NCBI RefSeq assembly: GCF_004010195.1 | Contig: NC_057718.1 | Span: 28,456,377 to 28,520,376, forward strand | DNA length: 64,000 nucleotides | From: Chiloscyllium plagiosum | Lineage: Eukaryota | Direction: 5' to 3' | Shown: positions 13,206 to 26,530 of the stretch, in pieces | Numbering within the stretch: position 1 is the stretch's first letter | Layout: every line of letters starts with the position of its first letter | Notes under the pieces: generated by a model | Told to the model about the DNA's origin: nothing | Database searches by the model: none | The model's input: the letters and a program-made list of their open reading frames with translations, nothing else | Made by a program: the position numbers and the translations under genes

Positions 13206-16200
13206 TAGAGTCAGAGATGTACAGCATGGAAACAGACCCTTCGGTCCAACCTGTCCATGCTGACCAGATGTTCCAACCCAATCTAGTCACACCTGCCAGC
13301 ACCCGGCACATATCCCTCCAAATCCTCCTTATTCATATACACATCCAAATGCCTCTTAAATGGTACAATTGTACCAGCCTCCACCACTTCCTCTGGCAGC
13401 TCATACCATACACGTAGCACCCTCTGCGTGAAAAAGTTGCCCCTTAGGTTTCTTTTCTATCTTTCCCCTCTCACCTAAACCTATGCCCTCTACTTCTGGA
13501 CTCCCCGACCCCAGGGAAAAGACTTTGTCTATTTATCCTATCCATGCCCCGCGTAATTTTGTAAACCTCTATAAGGTCACCCCTCAGCATCCGACACTCC
13601 AGGGAAAACAGCCCCAGCCTCTCCCTGTGCTTCAAATCTCCAACCCTGGCAACATCCTTGTAAATCTTTTCTGACCCCTTTCAAATTTCACAATATCTTT
13701 TCGACAGGAAGGAGACCAGAACTGCACGCAATATTCCAACGGTGGCCTAACCAATGTCGTGTACAGCCACAACTTGACCTCCCAACTCCTGTACTCTATA
13801 CTCTGACCAATAAAGGAAAGCATACCAAACGCCTTCTTCACTATCCTATCTACCTGCGACTCCACTTTCAAGGAGCTATGAACCTGCACTCCAAGGCCTC
13901 TTTGTTCAGCAACACTCCCTAGAGCCTGACCATTAAGTGTATAAGTACTGCTAAGATTTGCTTTCCTAAAATGTAGCACCTCGCATTTATCTGAATTAAA
14001 CTCCATCTGCCACTTCTCAGCCCATTGGCCCATCTGGTCAAGATCTTGTTGTAATCTGAGGTAACCCTCTTCGCTGTCCACTACACCTCCAATTTTGGTG
14101 TCATCTGCAAACTTACTAACTGTACCTCTTATGCTCACATCCAAATCATTTATGTAAATGACAAAAAGTAGAGGACCCAGCACTGATCCTTGTGGCACTC
14201 CACTGGTCACAGGCCTCCAGTCTGAAAATCCCTACACCACCACCCTGTGTCTTCTACCTTTGAGCCAGTTCTGTGTCCAAATGAGTAGTTCTCCCTGTAT
14301 TCCATGAGATCTAACCTTGCTAATCAGTCTCCCATGGGAAATCTTGTTGAATGCCTTACTGAAGTCCATATAGATCACATTCCTGCTCTTCCCTCATCAA
14401 TTTTCTTTGTTACTTCTTCAAAAAACTCAGTCAAGTTTGTGAGACATGATTTCCCACGCACAAAGCCATGTTGACGATCCCTAATCAGTCCTTGCCTTTC
14501 CAAATACATGTACATCCTGTCCCTCAGGATTCCCTCCAACACTGAGGTCAGCCTCACCAGTCTATAGTTCCCTGGCTTGTCTTTACTGCCCTTCTTAAAC
14601 AGTGGCACCACGTTTGCCAACCTCCAGTCTTCCGGTACCTCACCTGTGACTATCGATGATACAAATCTCTCAGCAAGAGGCCCAGCAATCACTTCTCTAG
14701 CTTCCCACAGAGTTCTTGGGTACACCTGATCAGGTCCTGGGGATTTATCCACGTTTATATGCTTCAAGACATCCAGCACTTCCTCCTCTGTAATCTGGAC
14801 ATTTTGCAAGATGTCACTATCTATTTCCCTACAGTCTATACCTTCCATATCCTTTTCCACAGTAAATACTGATGCAAAATATTCATTTAGTATCTCTCCC
14901 ATTTCCTGTGGCTCCACACAAAGGCCGCCTTGCTGACCTTTGAGGGGCCCTATTCTCTACCTAGTTGTCCTTTTGTCCTTAATAGATTTGTAAAAACCCT
15001 TTGGATTCTCCTTAATTCTGTTTGCTAAAGCTATTTCCCCGTTTTAAACGCACACAGATACTTCTACACACACACACAGGCACTCCTATACGCACATACA
15101 CACACCCACACACATCCTTACAGACACACACATATCCACACTCTCACATGCACCCCCTCACAGACTTAAAGACACTCTGCATTCACTACACACACACACA
15201 TACACTTTCTCACACTCACAACCCCCAACCCAAACAGACAGACAGACACACACACAGACAGACAAAGACCCACATGCACACATATATTTCGTGGGGTGAA
15301 TTTGAACTTGCAGGGTTACATTGTACTTTGCTCAAAAACTGCATGCATTCATATAGAACTCTGAGCTCAAAAACTGCATGATAACTCCGTTATCTCACAT
15401 TTTAGATTCGAATCTACCTAAACATCATGGCATAGACAGAGAACACAGGGGGCCAACACCTTCAACATATTGTCTAGCTATCACCACTGTTAACAGCTAA
15501 CCAGAGAATGCAACTTTTTTAATAAAAAAAGGTTTTGTGATTTACACATGAAAGAAGTGAAACTATCACTGTATTCTAACAGATGAAAGGCTTAACAGAC
15601 AATCGATTTTTCAATGTATAATTTCAGTTACATCACACTGTAAATTTTTGCTATAAATTCTACGTTAGGATTGAGCCCTCCACTATCACCTGATGAAGGA
15701 GCATCACTCCGAAAGCTAGTGTACTTCCAACTAAACCTGTTGAACTATAACCTAGTGTTGTGCGATTTTTAACTTTATACCTGACATATGCTTCCTTCTT
15801 TTCTTAACCAAACCCTCAATTTCTTTAGTCATCCAGCATTCCCTATACCTACTAGCCTTCCCTTTCACCATTACAGGAATATACTTTCTCTGGATTCTTG
15901 TTATCTCATTTCTGAAGACTTCCCATTTTCCAGCCGTCCCTTTACCTGTGAACATCTGCCTCCAATCAGCTTTCGAAAGTTCTTGTTTAATAGCATCAAA
16001 ATTTGCCTTTCTCCAATTTAGAACTTCAACTTTTAGATCTGGTCTATCCTTTTCTATCCTATTTTAAAACAAATAGAATTATGGTCGCTGGCCCCAAAGT
16101 GCTCCCCCACTGACACCTCAGTCACCTGCCCTGCCTTATTTCTCACGAGTAGGTCAAGTTTTGCACCTTCGCTAGTAGGTACATCCACATACTAACCAGA

Positions 16201-16452
16201 AAATTGTCTTCTACACACTTAAATTCCTCTCCATCTAAACCTTTAACACTATGGCGGTCTCAGTTGATGTTTGGAAAGTTAAAATCCCCTATCATAACTA
16301 CACTATTATTCTTACAGATAGCTGAGATCTCCTTACAAGTTTGTTTCTCAATTTCCCTCAGACTATTTGGGGATCTATAATACAATCCCAATAAGGTGAT
16401 CATCCCTTTCTTATTTCTCAGTTCCACCCAAATAACTTCCCTCGATGTATTT
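13206..16452 (-). mobile_element. Young CR1 (HER1-like) LINE, ORF2 EN+RT, interrupted by a PLE piece
   Basis: ORFs 13632-14210 (SGVPQGSVLGPLLFVIYINDLD..KFADDTK) and 14375-14917 (KSPGPD..PEDWRLANVVPLFKKG..HGFVRGKSCLTNL); 3' tail ...tacatctctgactctaa. Confidence 0.93.
15042..15775 (+). mobile_element. PLE 3' region (family B) with CA-rich tract and hammerhead at 15687-15721
   Basis: Near-identical to 28720-28922 plus 30351-30664. Contains cac-CTGATGA-a-ggag(catca)ctcc-GAAA-gcta-gtg. Confidence 0.75.
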
Positions 16453-16721
16453 CTCTTTCATTTAACTCCCATTTAGAAATCACATTTTTCTGTCATTCTT
16501 GCATACAAACGTTTTTTTTCCCCATTCAGGAATGACTGTCAATGACTGGGCCAGCATTCATTATCAATACCTAATTACCCTTGAGGTGGGGGTAGTGAGA
16601 TGCTTTTTTGAACCGCTGCAGTCCATTTGGTTTAGGTACAGCCATGGTGGGTTGTTAGGAAAGGAGTCCCATTTCGTCCAGGGACAGTGATATATTTTCA
16701 AGTCAGGATGGGGAGTGACCA

Positions 16722-17665
16722 GAAGACCATAAGAAGCAAACACAAGTAGGTTCTTTCCTGCATTTTCCCCATAATCCTTGATTCCCCTCCTGATCAAGAA
16801 TCTATTTATCTCAGCCTTAAACATACACAAGGGCGCTGCCCCACAGCTTTCTGTGGCAGGGAGTTCTAAAACCTTACCACCCTCTGACAGAAGAAATTCC
16901 TCCCCATCTCAGTCTTAAATTGTCACCCTTTTATTCCGAGACCTTGCTCGCTGGTCCCAGACTCTCCCATGAGGAGAAATATCTTTAAAACATTTAGCCC
17001 GTCAAGCTCTTTAAGAATCCAATCTGTTTCAATTAGATCTCATTCTTCTAAACTCGAGTGAATACAGCCCAACCTATTTAGCCTTTACTCAAGGCAATCC
17101 CTACATACAGGGATTATCCCTGAACTGACTCCAATGAAATGATCATTCCTTAAATAGAGAGACCAAAACTGCTCTCAGTATATCAGATGTAGTCTTACCA
17201 ACACTTTGTGAAGTTGCACTAAGACTTCCCTACTCTTCTTTCAAGGGCATTGAAGTAGAAGTGTCAATATTCCATTAGCTTTACTAATTACCCCTTGCAC
17301 CTGTCTGCTAGCTTTGTGTTTTATCCACAACAACACCCAAGATTCTTTGTTCTGCACCTTTTTTTTCCCCATTTAAATACTGTTCTTTGGCTCTCTCTTC
17401 CCAAATGAACTTATAATTTGCCCACATTATACCTCATTTGCCAACTTCTTCATCCACTTACTTAACCTATCAATATCTCTCAGTAAACTGTTTGCATCCC
17501 TCTTACAACTTCCACCTATAATTGTGCCAGCTGTCAAATTAGCTACAGTACACTTGCTTCCTTCCTTCAAGTCATTAACATACATCGTAAACCATGTGGT
17601 ACCAACACTGTCCCATGTGGAACCCCACTAGATACAGGTTGCCAACCTAAAAAAGAAGCATTAAC
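16722..17665 (-). mobile_element. CR1 LINE 3' fragment, older subfamily
   Basis: FKAEINRFLIRRGIKDYG C-terminus and upstream RT remnants. Confidence 0.75.
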
Positions 17666-19782
17666 CCCCCCCAGCTGTTTTTTTCCTGCCCATGATACGC
17701 CCACATAAAATAGATATCAGGGTTTCTTGCAACTGGACTTTATGAGAAACCAAATCTTAAAATGTGATTGCAAGAGACTTCAGGCTATTAAATCCCTTTG
17801 CTTCCTACTGAGAATGCTCAGAAATCACTGCAACAATTATACCAATGCTTCTCCACCATGTTTCCTGTAAAGAAATTTCAACGGCCAAGCAAAGAACTGT
17901 TCTCTGACCTTTTGCTCAACAGCTTTGCTTTTCTGGATAAAATGGAGTGTATTCCAAACCAGGTGGACAACAATCCCTCTCCTTTAAGAAGCTGTTGGAA
18001 TTTAAACAACGCCATAAAACAATTTAAACTGCGGCCAGCAGAGAGCAGCAGTGCCTTTATTTTTCAAACTTTACAACCCTCCATTTTGAAAAGTATCTCG
18101 TCTTCAACTAAGAACAATGAACTGCATCTCTATAACAAATTTACCTTCACTGTAGAAAAATGGCTCAAGATATTTTATACAATCTTGTGGAAAAATGGAT
18201 GCCATTTAAAAAAAAAGAGTTGCCTGGTATAATGTGTAAAATCGATAATCCAGAGATACACATTAAATGATTAAGGAGGCATTAACTTTCATACAGTTTT
18301 GAAGGCAGCAGCTTTATTGAATAATTAAGTCAGGGCACTCCTGAGTGGGAATTGTATTTAGTGAATAACTGGGAAAAGGTTGGCAGTGTTCACATTGTCT
18401 AGTTAAGCATTATTTTCATTGGATTGCAACTAGCTTTAAAAGTATTGTTCCTGCATATAATTTTAAAAGTTGCTTGTATCCTTATCATAAAAGTTGAAGA
18501 AGAGCCTATAAACATTTCAGTCACTAGTGAACCTTTGTCTTTTGAGATTATATTTTAAGCCAAACCAATTATATATCATAAGGGCTCTTATGGCACAGTA
18601 TCCAACTCTCAGCTAGACATCTGAGCTCGTCCTACCTGTTCTAGAGATGTGACATAACATATGCAAACAGACCAAGGATACAGTAGTCAAGGTTGTGGTG
18701 GTGTAGTGGTAATATCACCAAACTAGTGATCCCGTACCTAAAGGCTAATGTTCCACCATGCAAGAAATGAAACTTGCATTCAAGAGGGCTCTTATTATAT
18801 TGTCCTACTTAACACAAGGCATAAGCTTGGTCCTCACACAGATTATTCCAAAAATGGATACACGCAGCAAAATAATATAATGGCGAAAAGGTCATAAAAG
18901 TAGTCATTGTTTGTGCTTATATCATCTAATATTAAGAGAGAATGCAGGGGAGCAAACAAATTAAATCATATTGCATGCAGCATCTGCGTCATTATGTTAC
19001 GAGCTGACTCTGAGAGAAACCATTTACAAGATATCTCTTGTCACGTTACGTTTCTTTAATCATCTTCAAGAAAATAATGACAAATTATTTATTTATAAGT
19101 GATGAATAATTTATTATTACACCTATCTTGAAGATGCAGTGGAAAATGTTTTGTCATCACAATCTAGTGCCATTTTGAGGTATAAAAAGGATAAAAAGAA
19201 ATTGCTTAAAAAAGCGAAATCATCATCTTCAAGTTGGGGTCTCAAACACAGATACAAGGCTTCTGCAAGGTCTTTACGAGGTGTTCTGGTCCTCAAGGAA
19301 ACCTGCTCTATGAACAGCATCAATGACGCTGCAGCTCTGGCTCTGCTGCCAACCCACCTCACCAACACGCCAAACAGTCCAGCAACCTACAAGATTGACA
19401 AATAGCCTCTTTATTGCAAGATGCTGCCCAAAACCTGGCCTCTCAGACTTCTGATAAGGACCTCCCTCCAGTGAAAAAGTGAAAACCCTCATTCAACAAG
19501 TAACATCAAAAACCAATATGCTTTTCAAAACGCTAACAAGTATCTCTGAACCTCAGTAAGAAATGAGAGATACTTAATCTTGGGGTCCAATTTTGAAGGT
19601 TCACCTGGCCTCACATCCTCCTACCGCCCCCAAACAAATAAGATGCAAACAACTTCGCGAAACGTAAAAACCATTTGCAAAAGGAAAGTTTCACAAAATT
19701 TGAATATGTTCTCTTGAACCTATACTAGTAAAATACAGCTAAATGAGAGTGTTCCAACACATGCAGGCCCTTACAATGACAA

Positions 19783-20517
19783 GGAGAAAGTAAGGACTGC
19801 AGATGCTGGAGAACAGAGTCAAAATATGTGAGCTGGAAAAACACAGCAGGTCAGGCAGAATCCAAGGAGCAGCACCCTAATGTTTCAGGCATAAGCCCTT
19901 TATCAGGAATTTTTTTTTTGGAGGGAGGGCTGAGAGATAAATAGGACAGGGGTGGGGCTGGGGGTATTGGTTATGAGGAAGGAGAAATAGTTACTGTTGC
20001 AGGTGGGGACCATGATGTTTCAGAGGACATATCCGGGACACACAATACAAACAACCCCACCACCTGTGGCCAACCACCTCAACTCCCCCTCTCACTCCAC
20101 TTAGGACATGAAAGTCCTGGGCCTCCGCCACTGCCAAATCCTAGCCACTCAACGCTTAGAGGAAGAACACCTCACTTCCACCTGGGGACCCTCCAACCAC
20201 ACAGCATCAATGTTGATTTCACCAGTTTCCTCAACACCTCTCCCCCCACCTTATCCCAGATCCAACCCTCTAATTCGGCACCGCCCTCTAGAACGTCTCC
20301 CACCTGTCCATCTTCATTCCCACCTGTCCACTCCACCCTATCACCATCACCCCCCACCCGCATCCACCTACAAGCTACCCCCCACCATTTATCTCTCAGC
20401 TCTCTTGGGCCCTCAACCCCAACATTCCTGATGAAGGGCTTATGCCCGAAACGTCGACTGTCCTGTTCCTCAGATGCTGCCTGACCTGCTGTGTTTTCCC
20501 AGTGTCACACTTTCTGA
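19783..20517 (+). mobile_element. PLE (family A) with inverted termini, GIY-YIG C-terminal remnant and hammerhead at 20422-20461
   Basis: PVANHLNSPSHS..MKVLGL..ATQRLEEEHL. Left arm ggagaaagtaaggactgcagatgctgg is the inverse of the right arm. Imperfect TSD cttacaatgacaa / cttacaattgcaa. Confidence 0.85.
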
Positions 20518-22125
20518 CTTACAATTGCAAATCAAAAACAGGTCTGGATGGAATGAGTTTCAAAATTCAAGTTTACAGAAAACCAGAAAATAAACAACAT
20601 CCTTAGTAAAAAGATACTAAGTCCTTTCCTCATGAAACCTTTGGGTAAGTACGGCACCATGAAACATAAAACCTGGGGAAAGATTGAAGTGATAGTGATT
20701 ACGGCGTGGGGAGGATGCAGGTGGGAGAGAAGGCATGCCAGGAGGCCAACACAAAATGGCTGCCTATTGATCAGTAATGGCAAAAACACAAATGGAATAC
20801 AATTTGCAATGAGGTGTGCCAAAATTCGCATTGCATCTACATGGCCAGTTGCTGAAATTATGAATTAACAGCAGCCCTGAAGGGCATGTCAGCTCAAAAA
20901 TAGTTACTGTTTAACCATGTTAACCATGGAATATGAGAAAAGCTTCCACATCTAAAGATCTCATTTGTCTGAACCACTAAGTAAAATCCAAATCTTGTGA
21001 TTATTTCCGATTCTACTTAAAGGTAGGATGATTCCTGGCCTTTCTGCATAGGGGTGGAGGAACTTAACTTGGCATTGACCAGAAGTTATCAGTATGAATC
21101 AGAATGGCACAAGAGGGTATGAAAATTAGCTTCTGCCTATAAGGCTAAGTGAGGGTAAAATTGACAATAAAAGAAGCAACAAATGACTATAAGACATCTC
21201 ATGGCCTTTCGAAAGATATGATGGACAGAAAGATAAACCATGCTTGCTAAAATACAAGAATTAACAGGTTCAAGATAAGATGGTAAAATGAAGGTCAGGT
21301 ATTTAGTTCACTAAATAGAGTATTTGTAGTTCTGACCACTCAGGGTTGCATCGAGGTAGAACTTTTTGAAGCTGTGCAATCGAGTGAAGTACTAGTAGTT
21401 ACACGCACATCATTAACAGTGATGATGAGAAAAGCAGGAACTAAGTTGTGATAATGAGTCAAACATTGCCGGTTTGAACTGTGTCTACTTGGTTTGAAGC
21501 ATGTTTACTTCAATCCCAGGAGCTTCCGGAATAAGGTGGGTGAACTTGCAGCATGAGTTAGTACCTGTGATTTCTGTGTCGTGGCCATTTCTAAGGATGT
21601 TGTTTATTTTTTGGTTTTCTGTAAACTTGAATTTTGAGATTCATTGTGGGTAGAGAGCAGGGAAAGGAATGGTTATTCCAGGTTTCGGGATTTAGATATT
21701 TCAGTAAGTACAGAGAAAATGGTAAACCAGGGATTGGTATAGCACTGTTGGTCAAGGACTGTATTACAGTTGAGGACTCATCCACGGAGGTAACATGGGC
21801 TGAGATTAGGAACAGGAAAGGAGAGGTTTCTGTGGGCCTCCAAGAGATCAGAGAATCAGATAGCAAAGATAATCCTCGAAAGGAGCGAGAGTGCAGAGTA
21901 GTTGTCATGGGGGAATTGAACTTTCCAAATATTGATTGGGAATACTATAGATGGGTCGTTTTTTGTCTAACATGTGCAGGAGTGTTTCCTGACACAATAT
22001 GTAGACAGGCCAACAAGGGGAGAGCCCACATTAGATTTGATGCTGGGTAACGAACCCGGCCAGGTGTTAGATTTGGAGTTAGGTGAGCACTTTGGTGATC
22101 GTGACCACAATTCGGTTAAGTTTAC

Positions 22126-22390
22126 TTTAGATCAGATTACTTTACAGTGTGGAAACAGGCCCTTCGGCCCAACAAGTTCATACCGACCCGCCGAAGCGCA
22201 AACCACCCATACCCCTACATTTACCCCTTACCCAACACTACGGACAATTTAGCATGGCCAATTCACCTGACCTGCACATCTTTGGACTGTGGGAGGAAAC
22301 CGGAGCACCCGTAGGAAACCCACGCAGACACTCGGAGAATGGGCAAACTCCACACAGTCAGTCGCCTGAGGCGGGAATTGAACCCGGGTC
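22126..22390 (-). mobile_element. HE1-like V-SINE, 5'-truncated
   Basis: Reverse complement of gacccgggttcaattcccgcctcaggcgactgactgtgtggagtttg...gggccgaagggcctgtttcc. Confidence 0.85.
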
Positions 22391-23125
22391 TATGGAATGG
22401 AAAGGAATAGGTATAGGTATATAGAGCAAGGCAAGAGTTATAGCTGGGGGAAGGATGCAATTAGGCAAGATTTAGGATGCATAGGATGGGGAAGGAAACT
22501 GCAGGGGATGGGCACAATTGAAATGTGGAGCTTATTCAAGGATCTACTGTGGATCCTTGATAAGGATGTACTGGTTAGGCAGGGAGGGGGTTGTTGAGCG
22601 CGGGAGCTGTGGTTTACTAAGGAAGTTGAATATCTTGTCAAGAGGAAAAAGGTGGCTTATGTTAGGATGAGACGTGATGGCTCACTTAAGGTGCTTGAGA
22701 GTTACAAGTTAGCCAGAAAAGACCTAGAGAGAGAGCTAAGAAGAGCCAGGAGGGGACATGAGAATTTGTTAGCGGATAAGATAAAGGAAAACCCTAAGGC
22801 TTTCTATAGGTATATCAGGAATAAAATAATGACTAGAGCAAGATTAGGGCCAATCAAACATAGCAGTGGGAAGTTGTGCGTGGGGTCAGAGGAGATGGGC
22901 AATGTGCTAAATGAATACTTTTCGTCAGTATCCACACTTGAAAAGGACAATGTGGTCAAGGAGAATACGAGTTACAGGCTACTAGACTAGATGGGATTAA
23001 AGAGGTTGTGTCTGCAATTCTGAAAAGTATAAAAATAGATAAGTCCCCCGGGCCGGATGAGATTTATCCTAGAATTCTCGGCAAAGCCAGACAGGAGATT
23101 GCCGAGCCTTTGGCTTTGATCTTTA

Positions 23126-23268
23126 GGAGAAAGTGAGGACTGCAGATGCTGGAGATCAGAGCTGAAGAATCGACATTTCCTGAAGAAGGGCTTATGCCCG
23201 AAACGTCGATTCTCCTGCTCCTTTGATGCTGCCTGACCTGCTGCGCTTTTCCAGCAACACATTTTTCA
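23126..23268 (+). mobile_element. 143-bp PLE (family A) micro-insert with hammerhead and 13-bp TSD
   Basis: TSD gctttgatcttta (23113-23125 and 23269-23281); CTGAAGA-a-gggc(ttat)gccc-GAAA-cgtc. Confidence 0.85.
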
Positions 23269-24719
23269 GCTTTGATCTTTATGTCATCATTGTCTATAGG
23301 CATAGTGCCAGAAGACTGTAGGATAACAAATGTTGTTCCCTTGTTCAAGAAGGGCAGTAGAGACAACCCTGGAAATTATAGACCAGTGAGTGTTACTTTG
23401 GTTGTGGGTAAAGTGTGGGAAAGGGTTACAAGAGACAGGATTTATAATCATCTAGAGAGGAATAAATTGGTTAAGGATTGTCAACACAGTTTTGTGAAGG
23501 GTAAGTCGTGCCTCACAAACCTTAGTGAGTTCTTTCAGAAGGTGACCAAACAGGTGGATGAGGGTAAAGCGGCTGATGTGGTGTACATGGATTTCAGCAA
23601 GGCGTCTGATAAGGTTCCCCACAGTAGGCTATTGCACAAATCACGGAGGCAGGAGATTGAAGGTGATTTAGCATTTTGGATCAGAAATTGGCTAAGCTGA
23701 AAGATGACAGAGGGTGGTCGTTGATGGGAAATATTCATCCTGTAGTTCAGTAACTAGTGGGATACCGCAAGGATCTGTTTTGGGTCTACTGTTGTTTGCC
23801 ACTTTTATAAATGACCTGGATGAGGACATAGAAGGATGGGTCAGTAAATTTGCAGATGACACTAAGGTTAGCAGAATTGTGGACAGTGACAAAGGATGTT
23901 GCAGGTTACAGAGAGACATAGATAAGCTGCAGAGCTGGGCTGAGAGGTGGCAAATGGAGTTTAATACAGAAAAGAGTGAGGTGATTCACTTTGGAAGGAA
24001 CAACAGGAATACAGAGTACTGGGCTAACGGTAAGATTCTTGGTAGTGCAGATCACCAGAGAGATTTCACTGTCCAAGTACATAGATCCTTGAAAGTGGCC
24101 ACCCAGGTTGATAGGGTTGTTAAGAAGGCATACGGTGTGTGTTAGCTTTTCTCAGTAGAGGGACTGAGTTTCAGGACCAAGAGACCATGCTGCAGCTGTA
24201 TAAAACTCTGGTCGGCCGCATTTGGAGTATTGCATACAGTTCTGGTCACCGCCTTACAGGAAGAATGTTGAAGTTTTCGAAAGGGTTCAGAGGAGATTTA
24301 CTAGGATGTTGCCTGGTATGGACTGCATGTCTTACGAGGAAAGGCTGAGAGACTTGAGGCTGTTTTCGTTAGAGAGGATGTTGAGAGGTGACTTAATTGA
24401 GACATAAGATAATCAGAGGGTTAGATAGTGAAGCCGTTTTCCTCGGATGGTGATGGCTAGCACAAGGGGACATAGCTTTAAATTAAGGGGTGACAGATAC
24501 AGGACAGACATCAGAGGTAGTTTCTTTACTCAGTAGTAGAGTTGCCAACTTTAAGGGCATTTAAATGGTCATTGGATGGGCATATGGACGAGAATGGAAT
24601 AGTGTAGGTTAGGCGGGCTTCAGATTGATTTCACAGGTCAGCACAATCGAAGACCGAAGGGCTTATACTGCATTGTAATGTTCTATGTTCTATCACATGA
24701 AGCACACCTATTTGCTTTA

Positions 24720-25085
24720 AGTATTTCATCTTCCATTCTCCAACTTCACCTGATTTGAAACCCCTTCATTTTAAAGTTCTCACCCTCACGGTCAAATTTC
24801 CTCATGACATTGACTTCCCTACCTCCAACATCGTTCAGTCATGTTCTTCAGATCTCTGCATTTCTCCATTTTTGACCTCCGCTACATGTCTTCATTCGTT
24901 TTCCCCAACAGTTGCAGCCAAGCTTTCAGCTATTTAGGTCTCATACTCTTGAAATTTTCTATTCAACCTCTGGTCTCCTTTAAGATGTTACATGATCAAG
25001 CTTTCAGACACATTCTGAAGACCACTTCTTTTGCTCAGTTTTTGTCCGATTGTGCTTCTGTAAAGCATGGGATACTTCAGTAACA
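24720..25085 (+). mobile_element. L2 LINE 3' fragment
   Basis: FKVLTL-like C-terminal motif and L2-type 3' end (ctgtaaagcatgggatac). Confidence 0.5.
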
Positions 25086-26414
25086 TGAAAATGCTAAGCC
25101 AACCTAAGTGGGTGTTGCTGTAAAAAAAAGTCAGGCTCAGTGCTAACAAACAGCCAAACTCAATTTCCTTACTACAACCAATGTAAGGCCACAATTTTAA
25201 AAGGAAGTGGCCAAATCTTTGCAGTTACTGGTTTTCATATACAGAAGTCAAAAATAGATCTTGGCTGCAATGGTTAGGCTCCTTCAGAGTTAGGTTGTTT
25301 CCAAAATATCATCACTGTTAGATCCCAGTGTTTAGAAGAACCCAACAGAGTACTTGGATAAGACTGCAAAGGAAAATTTAAGAACTATTTGCTCACCAAC
25401 TAATTGTTATCCCACTACAAACCCACCGAAACTGCCCAACCCTTCACTCGAATTGCAGCACCTGAAACCTGTCTGAACTGGTGTGAATGGGAGTGCCTAT
25501 TTAAGTTAGACTCATACAGCCCTAACGCAATGTGCCTTCTATATAATGATTACAAGAACCTTCTTGGTGCTGATTAATTAACTCAGAAATGCTTTCCAGT
25601 CAAAATAGAGATAAAAGTTGATACTAATCATACTAACAATCACATAGAACCTCTCCACCATGAGAAACAAAACTGTCAGAGCTTCTCCAAATCTTCACAT
25701 GACTGCTTATTTGTTTCCTTCTGAAGTGTTTTAAAAGAATTATTTTAACTTCCTCTTTGGAAAAACAACAACAATACATGGAGAAAACAGGAACAGACAC
25801 ACAAATAGCAAGAGCAGATCAGTATGTCTTCCAAATAGGAAACTGGACCAGTTGCTGGAAAACAGAATCAGAAAAAAAACAATCCCTGATCTGTGCTAAA
25901 TTAATAATCCTCCACGTTAGGCAATAGTTGCACCCTTTCAAGTGGTCTAAGCAATCTGAGAAGGTGGGGGGAGACAGGCAGAATTAGATAAGTTCTTACT
26001 TACAAGTCTGTAATTTATTTTTACAGATAAACCACTCATGCAGTAGATGCACGCCAAACCATCGATTAAAGTTCAGGGTGTAAATGGGACTGGATTAATC
26101 TGGGTATCGTCGACTGAATCTCTCAATACTCTGCCATCTCTAATGTCAGGGTAGGTGGTGTTACATGTCAGTGTTAGAATTAAGCTCCAGATTTCACAAA
26201 GCAGGTGACACTCATGAAATCTGTATTGCAAGTGGGTTCTATCTGCCAAAATAATTCAGCTGAGAGCATTAGTGCAAGCATTTAAAGATCCTTTGCTCAA
26301 TCCTGGTTTCAATAGAATAAGCAAAACATTTCTATTTGTGTTTCATTTAGAAGCTCTGCATGAGTATAATGATTAGCACCCTTGCTTGAAATGCAGAAGA
26401 CCAGGTTCAACTCG

Positions 26415-26530
26415 AAGGGGCTCTTGTGATGCATTGGTAGCTTACCACCTCTGAGCCAGGAGGCCTGGGTTCAGGTCCCATTTACTCCCGGTATGTAATA
26501 TCACCTCTAAATTGGTTGCCAGAAAATATC
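26415..26530 (+). mobile_element. Short tRNA-derived SINE head
   Basis: A/B-box-like gtgatgcattggtag...cctgggttcaggtccc; related pieces at ~18580 and ~52805. Confidence 0.45.

Larger units (their letters stand above)
21482..24693 (+). mobile_element. CR1 LINE ORF2, nearly complete but frameshifted, with nested SINE and PLE inserts
   Basis: ORFs with VVMGELNFPNIDW, LTQYVDRPTRG, IKENPKAFYRYI, YRPVSVT..KSCLTNL..YMDFSKA, GIPQGSVLG..KFADDTK; tail tgttctatgttcta. Confidence 0.93.

Noticed and set aside
15022..15381. His/Thr-rich ORF
   Set aside because: Translation of a CA-rich tract inside a PLE.
17798..18232. 144-aa plus-strand ORF as a nested gene in intron 6
   Set aside because: Non-ATG start, no recognisable domain and AT-rich intronic composition.
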